A stretch of DNA of 64,000 bases, taken from Basidiobolus meristosporus CBS 931.73. Its lineage: Eukaryota > Fungi > Basidiobolomycota. Shown here piece by piece: positions 28,549-41,368 of the stretch; position 1 is the first letter of the stretch, and each line of letters starts with the position of its first letter. A program made the position numbers and the translations under genes. The stretch lies in NCBI GenBank assembly GCA_002104905.1, contig MCFE01000046.1, forward strand, positions 133,581-197,580, read 5' to 3'. The notes below the pieces were generated by a model. That model saw only the letters and a program-made list of their open reading frames with translations, was not told where the DNA came from and did no database searches.

Positions 28549-28888
28549 TTAAGATTCCATCAATTCACGAAGACGACGGACAGTGCTTCTGACGGTGGCA
28601 GCAGCGGTGGTAGAGACAGTCCAGGCACCACCAGCCATCACCTTACGGCAACCACGGCATTCCCAGATACCAACGGATTGACGCTTGACGGCATCCTTGC
28701 CACAGAAAGTGCAGGTGTACTTGGCGTGCTGGGTGATTTCCATCTTCTTCACTTGCTTTCTGAGGGAAGCACCATAACGGGTACCGTACTTACCGACGAC
28801 TCCGACCTTTTTAGTGCGCTTGGCCTGTGGGCGGGAACGTTAGTTGGTGCATGGATGGATGAATTGGGGTTCGATGCTAACTGACCAT
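28549..28888 (-). CDS. RPL43: 60S ribosomal protein L43 (eL43); ATG-only first exon
   Basis: ATG|intron|[23 protein letters not shown]...CTFCGK...GIWEC. Confidence 0.96.
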
Positions 28889-29267
28889 TTGGACTGTAGT
28901 TGATCCTGAAAAGGATGAAAAAGAGAGAATCTTCTCGTCGCAATGCTACTTTTCATAAGCCTCAGAAGAGTGACGCTGATTGGCCCACATCTCGTACGAT
29001 CTAAATTGCCTACCTTTGGCCAGCAAACCGCACCGTGATTAAGTTGGCCGGCACATCGACTGCGGTACGGGGTTCAGTGGTCCCAAAATATAGGCATTGA
29101 TCAAATCAGTTTTTTTCCCATCTGGAGGGCTGGGTTTAAATGTTTATTTACACATACTGTACGGAGCAGACACCGGCTATTTGACTCAGTTTCCGATTCT
29201 TACCTTGGAAAGGTGCATTTTCGCGTCCAACAAGCCTTGGTCGTAAACACCAAAAGCTTTACTTACG

Positions 29268-32200
29268 ATGGGGGTTAGGCATTTCAATGAGCACCTGCAT
29301 AGATGTGTTGTCTGGTATTAACCTGTGCCGAACCTGCTTGTTCTGGGTTTCCTTCCCTCTAGGCCGAAGCACAACTTGGAGTTATCGAGTCGATCGAGCT
29401 GGTGAATTTTATGTGCCACCGCTACTTAAAAGTGAATCTTGGTCCCAAAATCAACTTTATCATTGGTCATAATGGAAGTAGGTGGTTTTCTCCTCGATTG
29501 CCCAGGAATCCTGTTAAACGATCTCCCTGTACCGTTAGGTGGAAAGAGTGCGATCCTTTCGGGTATCACCATTTGTCTCGGTGGAAAGGCCACTGTGACC
29601 AACCGTGCTAGCAATCTCAAAAGCTTGATCCGTGAGGGCTCCTCGTATGTTTTTGGATTCCTTTGTTTGGGTTACGCAAAACCCGGCTAACTCGCAACGT
29701 GTACGGAAGTGTAGGTCAAGTGGTTGTGAAACTTCGTAATCAAGGATCGGAGGCTTACAAGCCCGAAGTTTATGGTGATTGCGTTATGGTGGAGCGTAGG
29801 ATATCGCGAGACGGCAACAATGGTTATAAAATCAAATCTTCTGACGGTAAAACGATTTCCACCAAACGTGAAGAGCTCTCTGCCATTTGCGACCACATGG
29901 GAATCCAGATCGACAATCCCATGAATGTGCTGTCCCAAGACACCGCTAGACAGTTTCTTAACTCCACCTCACCCGAGGAGAAGTATAAGGTGAGTCGAAG
30001 GGGATGATTGCTCTATGTATCAATGAGCTACTCTGACAAACCATTCAGTTCTTTCTCAGAGGAACTCAGCTGACCCAGCTCAGTGAGGACAACGAAATCA
30101 TACGTGAAAGTATTGACACTACCGAGAATATTATACGGAATAAGAAGCAGGTAGATATTCGCACTAAGAGACAGTCACACAGAGGCACCCGCTGACCGAG
30201 ATTTCATATTCTCCCAGGTTCTGCCTGATCTTCTCAAAGAAGCAAAAAACGCCGAAAGTCGGTTCAAAGACATGGAGCAGGCACGTGAGTTGCGTCTAAA
30301 AGTCGAGGCTTTGAAGCGCGAAATCGCGTGGGCGCAGGTGGTAGAGAAGGAGGAATCCCTGCATATCGCCGAAAGCCGACTACAAAAAGGCCAGAAGAAG
30401 CTCCCGGCCATTCAAAACGAATTGGACAAAGAGAGCAATCATTTTGAACGAATTACCGCCCGCATCAGCGAGCTTGAGGAGGAGAAGGAAGAGCAACAAA
30501 TGGCACTGCGGCCACTCGAAAAGCGAAAGCAAGAGCCCATAGAGGCACTCAAAGAGAAACGGCGGCAGCTTCAGGATTTCCAGCACGAAACACAGGAAAT
30601 CAACGGCACCTTCAAGAGCCTAAGGTCCAACCTGGCCGAATTGGAGAAAAAAATCCAGGATGAAACTAGCAAGCTCAACGGGGACAATTCCAACAGACGC
30701 GAAGAAATCCTGAGCAAAATCAAAGCGCTCGAGTCGGAGATAGAAACTGCCAAGCGGGAGATTGAGGAATCGCGCGAGAAGCAAAAGGAATACGACGTAT
30801 CAAGTGCCGAGGCCAAAGAGCGCTACTCCCAAATCAGGGAGTCCATCAAGTCGATCGAGCGGGAGGTCTCCGAGCTCAAGGAGAATATCCAACGCTTGGA
30901 GGATCAAAAAACCAATCGACTGAAGGCGTTCGGGCCAATGATGCCGGAGATCTTGAAGGAGATCGAGCGTGAAGGCCGCTGGAAGTCCAAGCCTGTCGGG
31001 CCGATAGGTGCGTATACGAAGCTGCGGAAAAGCGAATGGGCCGACACCATGGAGTCCCTTGTAGGGAATCTATTGGACTGCTTTATTGTGGAGTATCATC
31101 AAGATCGACAGCTTTTGCAGGGCATTCTGCACAAGTACAAGTGCCCCAGCAAGATTTTCGTCAGCAGAAACGACGACTTCGACTACTCTGCCGGCGAGCC
31201 CGACAAACGCTTCCTCACGGCGCTCCGGGTCTTGGAATTCAGCCATGATTTTGTGAAGAGACAGATGATTGTGCACGCCAACATCGAGCAGACCATCTTG
31301 ATAGAGAGTCGTGCCGAGGCTAATCGTGTCATGGGAAACGGGTTTCCAACGAACGTGAATTCGTGTTTCACCATGGATGGCTTTAAGGTTGGTCATCGAG
31401 GAGGAGGCTATGCCACGCAAGCGATGAATCAATACAGAGGCCCGCCACGGTTTACGCAGGACCTCGACAAACGAATCCAGCAGTACCAGTACAGCGTCCA
31501 GGAGAAGCTGGAGACGCTCAGCACACAGAACGATCGGCTGAAAGAAGTTGATTTTGAGATACGCGAGGCGGATAGAAAGAAGCAAATGCTCAACAACAAA
31601 ATCGGCAACTCGCAGAAAGACATTGCATTCAAGAGTCGCACCATCCGCCAGCTACACGATCAGCTTCAAGAGGATGAGCCGGCCAACATCGTAGCTCTGG
31701 AAGAGGCTAAGCAGGATACCGAGCGCCAAATAGACCTGATCAAGAAGCAGTTCGAGCAGCTTCAACTCCAGAAAACCCAGATCGCTGAGGAGGAGAAAGG
31801 GCTAAGAGACGAGCTGGACGAGATCAAGCGCGAGATCGAGTCAGCGTTGGACAAGCTGGAGCAAATCAAGAACAAGATTGACGACCAGGTCAACGAAAGA
31901 ATCCAGTGCGAGACGAACAAGCAATATTGGATCAACAAGCTGGAAGACGAGCAGGGGAAACTTACCGAGCTGGAGAACGAGGTTGCTCGACGTCAGCTAG
32001 TGGTAGACGAGACCACCGCACAGGCCAGAGAATACTGTCCGGAGCGTGTAGAGGTCACAAAGAACGCCGCTCAACTGGATCGCGAGATCAACCAGATTCA
32101 GCTGCGGTTGAAGGAATCAGAGAAGGGATTCGGCGGCACCATAGAGGAGGTGCTGCGGGACATGAAAAGCAAGGTTGACTCGTACCGCAAAGCCAAGACA

Positions 32201-32779
32201 GAGATAGCCAACATGGAGCGCTTCGTGCGCGACCTGAAGTACGCTCTAGGGCTGCGACTAAAGCGGTGGGATGACTTCCGGAGCTACATCGCTAAACGGG
32301 CCAGGATCAATTTCCATTGGAACCTTGCCCAGCGTGGCTACAGCGGGAAATTGGAGTTCGATCACAAAAGCCGCAAGCTCAATCCACGCGTTCAGGTCGA
32401 CGACCAGGCCGAGAATCTCACCCGAGACAAAGACCCAAAGTCGTTGTCAGGGGGAGAAAAGAGCTTCTCAACCATTTGCTTGCTCTTGTCGTTGTGGGAA
32501 GCTATGGGGTGCCCCATCCGATGGTAGGGTCCAGTCCAGTTGTTCTGCGTGTGCTAGCTAACTAACCTCTTATCCAGCCTAGATGAGTTCGACGTGTTCA
32601 TGGATGCTGTGAATCGTAAAATAAGCATGCGAATGATGATTGAAAGCGCGCGGCAGGCCGATGAGACCCAATACATCCTCATCACCCCTCAGGACATGAG
32701 CAACGTCTCCCCAGGGCCGGATATTCGAGTACATCGACTGAACGACCCCGAGCGCAACCAGCCGACCCTCCACGATTAA
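29268..32779 (+). CDS. SMC6: Structural maintenance of chromosomes protein 6; start approximate
   Basis: NFMCH...NFIIGHNGSGKSA Walker A; long coiled coils and hinge; LSGGEKSFSTICLLLSLW; LDEFDVFMD. Confidence 0.95.
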
Positions 32780-33045
32780 GCAGTGTACATCCGCCTTGCC
32801 CCCATCCCTCACATGCCATCCTAGTGTATAATAAGTTGGTAATGCTTCTTGGTTCTCCCAGCCAATCCGATCTTTGCGCTCCCTGTCTAGCAACCATAAT
32901 ACAACGCTTAGTAGATACATCCACGCCTCCGCACATTCACCTCGTAGTTGGTTTATTTCCCTATTTACTGAATGAATTTCCAAGATCGGACCAGCCGACC
33001 CACAATAGACAACGAATAAAATAGACCGAATCGCAGTTTAGGCAA

Positions 33046-33119
33046 ATATCCCGGACACAATGGGCAACCATTCACCGAATTCATATCCCGGATACAATGG
33101 GCAATCGTTCACCGAATTC
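33046..33119. repeat. 37-bp tandem duplication upstream of the tetraspanin gene
   Basis: ATATCCCGGAYACAATGGGCAAYCRTTCACCGAATTC x2. Confidence 0.85.
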
Positions 33120-33193
33120 TCCGCTGCAGCATTCGGCGGATTCCACCTCGTTTATATTGGCGTGGTGGGGCTTCTCTTCAGACAGCTGCTCGG

Positions 33194-33948
33194 ATGACGA
33201 TAAGCTTCAGCATTAGGATATCCTTCTTCATTCTCACCCTGATCTTCATGGCATCGGGGTTTGTGGCCATCAGCGTGGGCACGTATTTCTGGGTCACCCC
33301 GTACGCTCGGCGGCGAGTGGTGGTCACGCACGACATGTTAATTGGTTTGGGGGATTTCACTGCGTTCTGCTTCATCCATCGGATACTAATCGACAGCATA
33401 GCCGGGCTGACGATTGGTGTACTGGCCATACTATCATCGTTTACCGGATTCCGTGGTTTCACCCATCCCATTCGAAACAAGAAATGGCTGATGCTCTACG
33501 GTTGGCTGGTGGTGGGGATACTGGTGATCGAGCTTGCACTAGGGGCGGTCATTTGGTTCAGATCGCTGGGGATTCGCGATGATTTCTCGGCCAAATGGAG
33601 ATCTTGGGATCCCGCGCTGCGAGGGCTGTTTCAAGAGACGGTACGGTGGTTAACTTGGCGGTTATCTCCGAATGATGGTTAACTTCGTGATTACAGGACG
33701 GCTGCTGCGGATACTACCACAGCAGGGACTTTCCAGCAGACACCCTCTCGTGCAGGAACCCCGACCGTGATTGGCCAGGCTGTGTGGACATGATCTACAT
33801 CTACTCGGACAACTACTTGAGAAACATCTACACCGTGTTGTTCGGGTTCGTGGTGGTGGATCTCTGCGCATTCTTTGGCCTGGTGGTTCTGGTGCAGGCG
33901 AGAAACAACCAGGAGAGATACGTCAAGGCGGACATGCCAAATCACTAG
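33194..33948 (+). CDS. Tetraspanin-family protein
   Basis: Four hydrophobic segments; CCG motif (DGCCGYY) after the intron, with further loop cysteines. Confidence 0.85.
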
Positions 33949-34311
33949 ATACCACGTAGAGTAGCAATGCTTCATATTTATTAGGAGGCGGTGTCGACCA
34001 ATAAAATCATCACACAGTCACTTCCGATGGTGGTTTCACTTGACGATGTCTGTTGTCATCTCACTCAACCACGTCAAAGGCTAGAAAACCAGGCCAGAAA
34101 GCCAGGCCCTTGATACTTGGTATCTGTTGCGCATTGGGTTGCATTCCAAAGGCTGCATTCCCAATCCTGCTAATTCCTTAGCCCACCTACACCGACGTGA
34201 ATCAATTGGATGGAGTGACGTATGGGCGGGCGAAAAGTTTTCTTCTTGGCACGTGTATATAAGCAACCGCCTGGCCACCCAGGACAACCATCGCATTAGC
34301 TAGCAGCTCAA

Positions 34312-34944
34312 ATGAAGGGATTTCATTTTCACGGTCTTCTTGCCTACATCGTATATCTCACATCACTGAGATCCGCAGCGGGATCACCAATCTACGGTTA
34401 CGATGGTGAATCCAAGTTACCATCACAGCAATGCTTGGAGGTGTTCCAGCAAGTCCAGGCCCAGAATCAGGATAACGGCTGCGTGCCCATTGACAAGATT
34501 CTCCCCGTCGCCGCGCAAATCAAACTCGATCCGGCCAACGCCGGCCCAAAAATGACCCAGATCGCCGACATCATCTGTCAGCAGTCACCCGCGTGCACAC
34601 CGCAATTCCTAAACAATTTCAAGTCGAACATAACCGCCCGCTGTGTTGGAGATGATGCAACCAACCCCATGGTAACCGGTTCCGTCAGACTCATCGACAA
34701 CTATACTCCGTCCCGAGAGATGGGATGTCTGAAGGACCCAACCAACGGGGCGTACTGCGCAGTCGAAGCCGCCGAGTGGGTGATCAAGAACCATCCAGAC
34801 CCAAACATGCAACCCACCAAAGAGATGTGCACGCCGTGCACAAAGGGCTGGATAGAGCAGTATGATAAATATTCTCCACAATATCCCGATTTGAAGGACG
34901 ATCCTTACCTTCCTAAACTGAAGGCCGTCTGCCAATCACAGTAA
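34312..34944 (+). CDS. Secreted Cys-rich protein of unknown function (210 aa, intronless)
   Basis: Signal-like N-terminus; about 10 Cys; TATA-like element at ~34256; AATAAA downstream. Confidence 0.75.
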   Translation: MKGFHFHGLLAYIVYLTSLRSAAGSPIYGYDGESKLPSQQCLEVFQQVQAQNQDNGCVPIDKILPVAAQIKLDPANAGPKMTQIADIICQQSPACTPQFLNNFKSNITARCVGDDATNPMVTGSVRLIDNYTPSREMGCLKDPTNGAYCAVEAAEWVIKNHPDPNMQPTKEMCTPCTKGWIEQYDKYSPQYPDLKDDPYLPKLKAVCQSQ

Positions 34945-35010
34945 CCATGAGCTCAGATAAATAAATTTTATGTGATGATCAGAAAATATACATAGATGTC
35001 TCAACGGTTT

Positions 35011-36057
35011 CTACTTAATGAGCGGGAGTAGCACCCCCAGCACTGCTAGCCAGCCAACCTGGCGAGCCGTGCCAGGAGACGGTACGCTCGGTGTCTCCAG
35101 GTGATTCTGGTAGATAGTTGAGTCATTCAAACACTGGCCTATGCTCATCATCGAGTAGCCTGCAGATTTCATGATCTCCATAGCCACCGGGAATTGCTGT
35201 ACTCCCTCCATCCTTAGATCGTGCTCCAAAGAGATCACTCCATGTGCCAGAGTAGGGGCACGAGTGTTGATGAAATCGCGGAATGTCTGCTCCACGTTGG
35301 CAGGGTTGTACTTGCTGCTTGGGTCATTGAGCTTCCAGTCGGAAGTATCCATGTCCCACAACACCACCTTGTATCCCAGGTTGCGGACAATCGTGCGAAC
35401 CCTGTCGTCGATGTCGCCGAAAGGAGGGCGCATGTATTTCGGAATAACGCCAATCGTATTAAAGATGGCCTTCTCCGTCCACTTCATCTCGGCAACGATC
35501 TGCTCGTTTGTCTGGGTAGTGAGCCCTCGATGGCTCCAGGTATGCGAGCAGATCTCGTGTCCTAAGCGAAGCAGGTTAATACCGGTGCAGATCCCCCTCG
35601 AATTTCCATTCTAACCTTCAGCATAGGCCCTCTTCAGGATTTCCGGGCGTTCAACAACCCGACTACCGATAACACAGAACATCGCCTTCAGATTCTGCTG
35701 TTTCAAGTAATCTAGCAGGAAAGTAGTGTTTGTCGATGGGCCATCATCGAAAGTGAGGCCCCACACCTTTGGTTGCGGACAGGCGACGATGTCATCTGGT
35801 CGAACACAATTACCACATGTCCACCAGCAACCGCAATCAGGTCCGCAGGGATTCTGGGTGCATGTTGGGGGCGAGCCAGCCATTGCGTGCGGTCTGATCG
35901 GGACAGTAGGGATGGTCATGTTGGAGGTCAGCGTGGCGAACTCGGGGTTTATTGGCGGTGGTTGATCCCACTGCGGCCAGCCTGGAGTCTGGGCTTGCAC
36001 CAGGGCATTTGACACTACGAGCGATAATAAAACAGCGAAATCTTTCCGGGTGGCCAT
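35011..36057 (-). CDS. Chitin/polysaccharide deacetylase (CE4), secreted, with a hydrophobic GPI-like tail
   Basis: WGLTFDDGPS, HEICSHTWSH, MRPPFG, SLEHD. Confidence 0.93.
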
Positions 36058-36285
36058 GGTACGTGGCTAAGCAAGGAATCTAAAGGAAGGAGCTCCAGAC
36101 AGGTGCTCATTTATACCTCACTGCTGCTTACGCCCTGCATTGGTTAATCGTCGGCTTTGTTGTTCTGATCAACATATTTGCATCACTTGAGGCATAAACC
36201 CAGGTGGTTGTCCAGCAGCCCAAACAAATCTGACATCTCTACCATCGATCGGTCAAGATCTTGATCGGAGGATTTTTTACTGCTC

Positions 36286-37742
36286 ATGCTCGATTCAATG
36301 GAAGGGGGTTTCTACCTGACACAGACCACGATGCAGACTCCTATATTGGATTCATACTTGGCCCAGCATTTCCTACAGTTATGTTCAGACGAAGCAAAAA
36401 TCCGACGTTTGATCTCTAGTAGACAATTCAAGCCTGGTGACATCGTGGTAGCTTCTCCTCCCTTGGCTAGTTTCCCTTTGCCGGAGTACCGAAGTGAGAT
36501 TTGCGATTTCTGCATGAAAGAATCGAAAGATCTATTGAGATGCTTCCGGCTGCCTGGAGGCTCATTACTGCTCCACCACGTGTCAGACAAAAGCATGGAA
36601 AAAATACCACAAATGGTCGTGTAAACTATGGCACGATCAGAAAGATAGTGATTCCATTATGCTCAGACGTGTGGTGTTTGGGATGCACAGGAAGCCAAAT
36701 GTAGTCAAGTATCAGCTCGACAGAGAGTACCTATTCGATGAACGGATCAACCAGGAGGCGTTTGAGACCTTGACGCATCATTCCGCTAGTTGGGATGAGC
36801 AGACCAAGCGCCAGTTTATAGTCACAAGTTCACAAGTTCTTAAGGCGCTCCTGAGTACGGCCTTTCCGATCCCACCGAATATAACGGTGTCTAAACTCGC
36901 GGAATATCTTGGCCGCTTCCAGTGCAACAATTTCACCATCCACGATCGCGAGCTCTTTCCAGTCGGAGAGGGCACGTACCCTATCGGGTCGTTGTTCAAT
37001 CACTCTTGCCACCCGAATTGTATTGTTATGTACGAGAAAGATGTCCAAATCATTCGTAGTATTCGCCCTATAGAAGCCGGTGAGGAGCTGTGTATCGCTT
37101 ATGTTGACAGCTTCGTACCAAGAATACAGAGAAGAGCTCAGCTGCAGGCGAAGTATTATTTCCAATGTGATTGCATGCTCTGCTCAGATCCGGTCCTAGG
37201 TAGACTGGACGCGGAGGATGTCAATGATAGCACTGTTCTAGCCCAGTTGAAGCCAGGGTCGGAAATCTCTCACAGGAGTAGGTTTATCGTATCGACCTTT
37301 TGCACGCAGAACAAGAAGGAGCATGAGAAGCTTCAACGGAGCCTCGTCTCATCTCTAGACGACTCATTTTTCACGTTGACCATGCTTCAAGCATGTAACT
37401 CCAGTCCATAGAGAAGCCTTGAAATCGGCCAACTGGGAGATCGCAGCAGAGACCGGATGGTATATGCTCTCCATGTACTTGCTGCGCTACCCTTGCAATC
37501 ATCCATTGACGGGTCTGCATGCATTCACACTAGCCAAATGTGTGTGGAATTGTCGGAGTGAAAGCATCGGAGATTGCGAACGTCTGCTAACGCTTGCTAA
37601 GTCCATCTTGGCAGTCACTCATGGGCACAATGAGGAAGTCGTCAAGGAGATCTCAATCATGTCAGATATGGTGCAGGATATGGTGCAGGATATGGTGCAG
37701 GATATGGTGCAGAGTGAACAACAGCCATTATCGGAAATTAGC
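36286..37742 (+). CDS. SET-MYND (SMYD-like) lysine methyltransferase, frameshifted in the MYND finger in this sequence
   Basis: CDFC...RC(S)GC..AHYCSTTCQ..AWKKYHKWSC; RFQCNNF, SLFNHSCHPN, GEELCIAY, YYFQCDC; C-terminal HPLTG. Confidence 0.85.
37665..37712 (+). repeat. Coding 12-bp tandem repeat (GATATGGTGCAG)x4 = (DMVQ)4
   Basis: Four exact copies at the SMYD C-terminus. Confidence 0.95.
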
Positions 37743-37827
37743 TGATTGTCGGTGTGCGCCGGATATTTGCCAGGCAACTGTATATATCTCTGAGCCTGTC
37801 GAGGAATACCCCAACAGCATTCCTACC

Positions 37828-38854
37828 ATGATTCCAAGTGTTGCCTTCGTTAGCTTTGCCTTAATAAATATGGTTCCAGCGTATGCGCGCGTAAACGTAG
37901 ACGTATCATTGGCTACCCGCCATAAGGGATATATCCCGTATTTCGCAAAGCAGCGTGATCCGATACTTGGATCAAAAATGCGGAGCGGAGTACGGATCTT
38001 GCGGCGAGGGGTTGTGCTGTAGCGAGTACGGCTACTGCGGGTACACTTCGGATCATTGCGAAGCCGGCTGCCAGTCCCAGTACGGATCCTGCGACGATGG
38101 AACTATGGCCAAATTAATGACTGGCTGCACTGAGCCAGGGACCTTTGCCGTCACCTTTGACGATGGCCCAAGCGTGCTTACCTCCAGGTTGCTCGATTAT
38201 CTGGATTTCCAGGGCGTTAAAGCAACCTTTTTCATGAACGGACTAAATTGGAAAAACGCTGACACCAAAAATCCTATCCTCAGCATCTATCAGTTTGCAG
38301 ATGTGGTCCGGCGCATTTACGCCTCTGGCCACCAAATCTGCTCTCACACCTGGGGTCATGTTGATCTTATTACCGTCAACGAGTATAACGTGACTTACGA
38401 GCTGACCCGGCTGAACAGTGCCTTCGCCAACATCCTGGACAGGGTGCCTACCTGCGTGCGGCCACCATATGGCGATGCCGACACGACTGCCCTGAAGATT
38501 CTGAAGCGTATGGGTTACACGGTTGTTAACTGGAACGTGGATCCAGTGGACTGGAACCCGGCGAATACCATCGACCAAATGTTTGCCGAATATGTTGCGC
38601 AGACAGGAAGGACGGACCCAAAGGAGGGCAAATTCATCGCTCTTAACCATGACGTTTGGAACACCACGGCTGACTTCAGGCCAACAAATTACCCAAAAAC
38701 CATTCCTTTGGCGCAACGAGCTATCGAGTATCTGAAAGGCCGTGGATGGCGTCTTGTCAACCTTGCTGAATGTCTAGGAAGTGCGCCATTCTATCGCAGC
38801 CCAACACCATCGGATGAGAGCTGTGGTCCGACTGGATGCCCTTCAAATGACTAG
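37828..38854 (+). CDS. Hevein/CBM18 chitin-binding domain plus CE4 polysaccharide deacetylase
   Basis: Signal exon MIPSVAFVSFALINMV; CGAEYGSCGEGLCCSEYGYCG; TFDDGP, HTWGH, RPPYG, ALNHD. Confidence 0.92.
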
Positions 38855-39235
38855 AGTTGCTTTTGGTGCAAAATACCCCCGTAATACCGCTAGATGTGCC
38901 CAAGAATTTGTCAAAACAATCCTTCCTCCTTCTATACCTAAAACATGGTGAAATAAACATTCCTTCTTGTATACCTGATAGACATTCCTTCTAGTTTACC
39001 TGATAAACATTCCTCCTAGTTTACTCTTGCCCTACCAAGACTGGGGCGTGGTTGGTCATATCAAGGTTTGATATGTAGGGCCAGGGTTGGATTATTGTGC
39101 CAAGTTGCAACTTTACTCGTACTTCCGGGAATTTACCCCAACTACATCGCCGAGTCATAGGTTATTTTAGTTATTAGATAGTTTTTTTAATGCATAATCA
39201 ATCAGAATTAGATTTCATAGTGAGCCACCGAAAAC

Positions 39236-40108
39236 TCAATGGAAAGAGCTTAGCACGTCGGTCAGACTGACTACGTTTCCCTGAGCTGGCATCATGCGGG
39301 TAGTGAGCAACTCCCAGGCCGCGCTGTTGGCATCGTTTGCTGTTTCCTTGACGACGGTGACCTTGTAGTCCCGGTCCACACCACCACGTAAGGTACCAAA
39401 TACAGAGCCCCTAGAGCAATACAGTGTAGGACATGGTAAGTTCACACACACACTCATGTATGTTCATTCACGAGGTTAGCCACTTACGTAGCAAAGCATC
39501 CGGATATAATGATATGCTCGACACCAAGGGATCTCAGCACAGTATCGAGGTCAGACCCAAAGAAAGCATCGACACGTCTCTTGACAATGACAATGTCCCC
39601 CTTGCGAGGGGACATGCCTCGAACGAACCTAGCCCCGTAGGTGCCCTCTACCAGCTGATTGGCTTGCTTTCTGCGTTGGAAGAGTGCATTGTTGGGATGG
39701 ATGTCAATGTGACCGGGTCGAAACTATGCAACTCGAGGGTCAGCAAATGCTCTCTCTTCCTCCAGTGGATGAATACTCATCACATACCTCCTGCTTCACG
39801 GCAATGACAGGAATGCCTTTCCCGTGGACCTCGCGGAATAGGCGGCGAGAATCGGAGAGGAATTGATGCTTTCTTGGGTCAGTGTTGTTCCATCCGGCTA
39901 CGATGTCCTCCTGGAAATCGAGGAAGAGGAAGCTACAAAACTTACGCGGTCAGTTGGGGCTCGTAAAGGTGCAAGCAGAACTCGAGTCATACGCAGTGTT
40001 GGTCAGCTGAACAGACTGGCTATTTTGTCTCTTCTCAAGTGAAGCCTCACCTCTAGTCAGTGCTAGGGTTGTCAGGGCAAGTAACGCAACAGTCTTGAAG
40101 AATCTCAT
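39236..40108 (-). CDS. Isochorismatase-like (cysteine hydrolase fold) protein with signal peptide and KR propeptide site
   Basis: Manual splicing: MRFFKTVALLALTTLALTRGEASLEKR...TNTA|FLFLDFQEDI...VKRRVDAFFGSDLDTVLRSLGVEHIIISG...SVFGTLRGGVDRDYKVTVV. Confidence 0.8.
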
Positions 40109-41077
40109 TTTGTGACTTGGAAAAGGAGCGAGTGTCTGAGAGTACGGATCAGTCAAACAGGTATAAATAGTGATGGCCAATGATTATCCGAATCTGAGGG
40201 ATGTTACACGCCAGGCAACCACACACCAAAGCAGGTAGGCATTCATAACTTTACCTATCAGTAGTATGCTTCAGGGAACTTGGAGCTATTGAAACTCCAT
40301 TGAGCACGTGTAACATCGGAAAGCGGAGAATGGATAGAAATGAACTGGTGGAGTGACTACTGGAAATTTGTATCAAAGTGCGGAATCAGTTTAGATTTCG
40401 ATGCCTTCATAATAATACCCTGTAAATCTAAGGGTAGAATATTCTATACGATTACCAAGTATAGTAATGATGTGATGAACAGACCCAAGTATGAGATCGG
40501 GTGTTCTACAGAATATTGAGGGAGCATTGTAGCATTGAAGGAGCATTCTAGCGTTTTGTTATCGTTAATGATAACCATTTGTTACACATTTGCGTTGGGA
40601 ATGACCGTGAGCCTCATAGTGAGGAATCTCATTTCGTGACTTGAAAAGGAGTGAGTGTCTGAGAGTACGAATCAGTCAAACAGATGATTATCCGAATCTG
40701 AGGGATGTTACACACCAGGCGACCACATACTAATGGAGGCATGTAATCGAAGCTATCACTAACTGGAGCACGTGTAACACCACAAAGTGTGTAATGGAGA
40801 GGAATGAATTGTGCAATGCAAATACAGGAAATTTGTATCATAATAGCTTGATGCATGATAAGGAGGCGTCAACCTATGTTGAAGATAGTACAAGTAAAAT
40901 TAAGCAATACCCAGTAGCTTGCCGAGTTAATGTATATCACTTCTAGCTGTTTCAAGTTAGCTATTTGAGAACCATGTGCATCATCAATCAATGAAGCCCA
41001 GCACGGTTTGACAAACATTATCACAGTATTGTTGTAAATTTCGTAATTCCGACCATGTATGAGTATTGACACCACTT

Positions 41078-41159
41078 TTACATGCAATAAATCATTAAGT
41101 GAAAGCCACCTAATCTACTTGTTCTCCAAGTCACTTCCAAAATCTCCAAAACTCTTACT
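41078..41159 (+). mobile_element. Fragment of the copia LTR family
   Basis: AATCATTAAGTGAAAGCCACCTAATCTACTTG...CTCTTAC matches the LTR 3' part. Confidence 0.7.
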
Positions 41160-41368
41160 GGGCTGATATCTAATATTAATGCCCGCAGTTCTGATAATGA
41201 TACAGGGGTGTGCAAGTAAAAAGGCTGGAGATACAGTTAAAGATAATCACAAGTAACAACAAAGATAAGTATGTCATTTGAATTTTATTGATTGAGGATT
41301 TCCAGTAATAATGTGGTGATGACCACCTACATTTTCAGCTCATTGAGTTAGGCGCAATTGCCACCACA

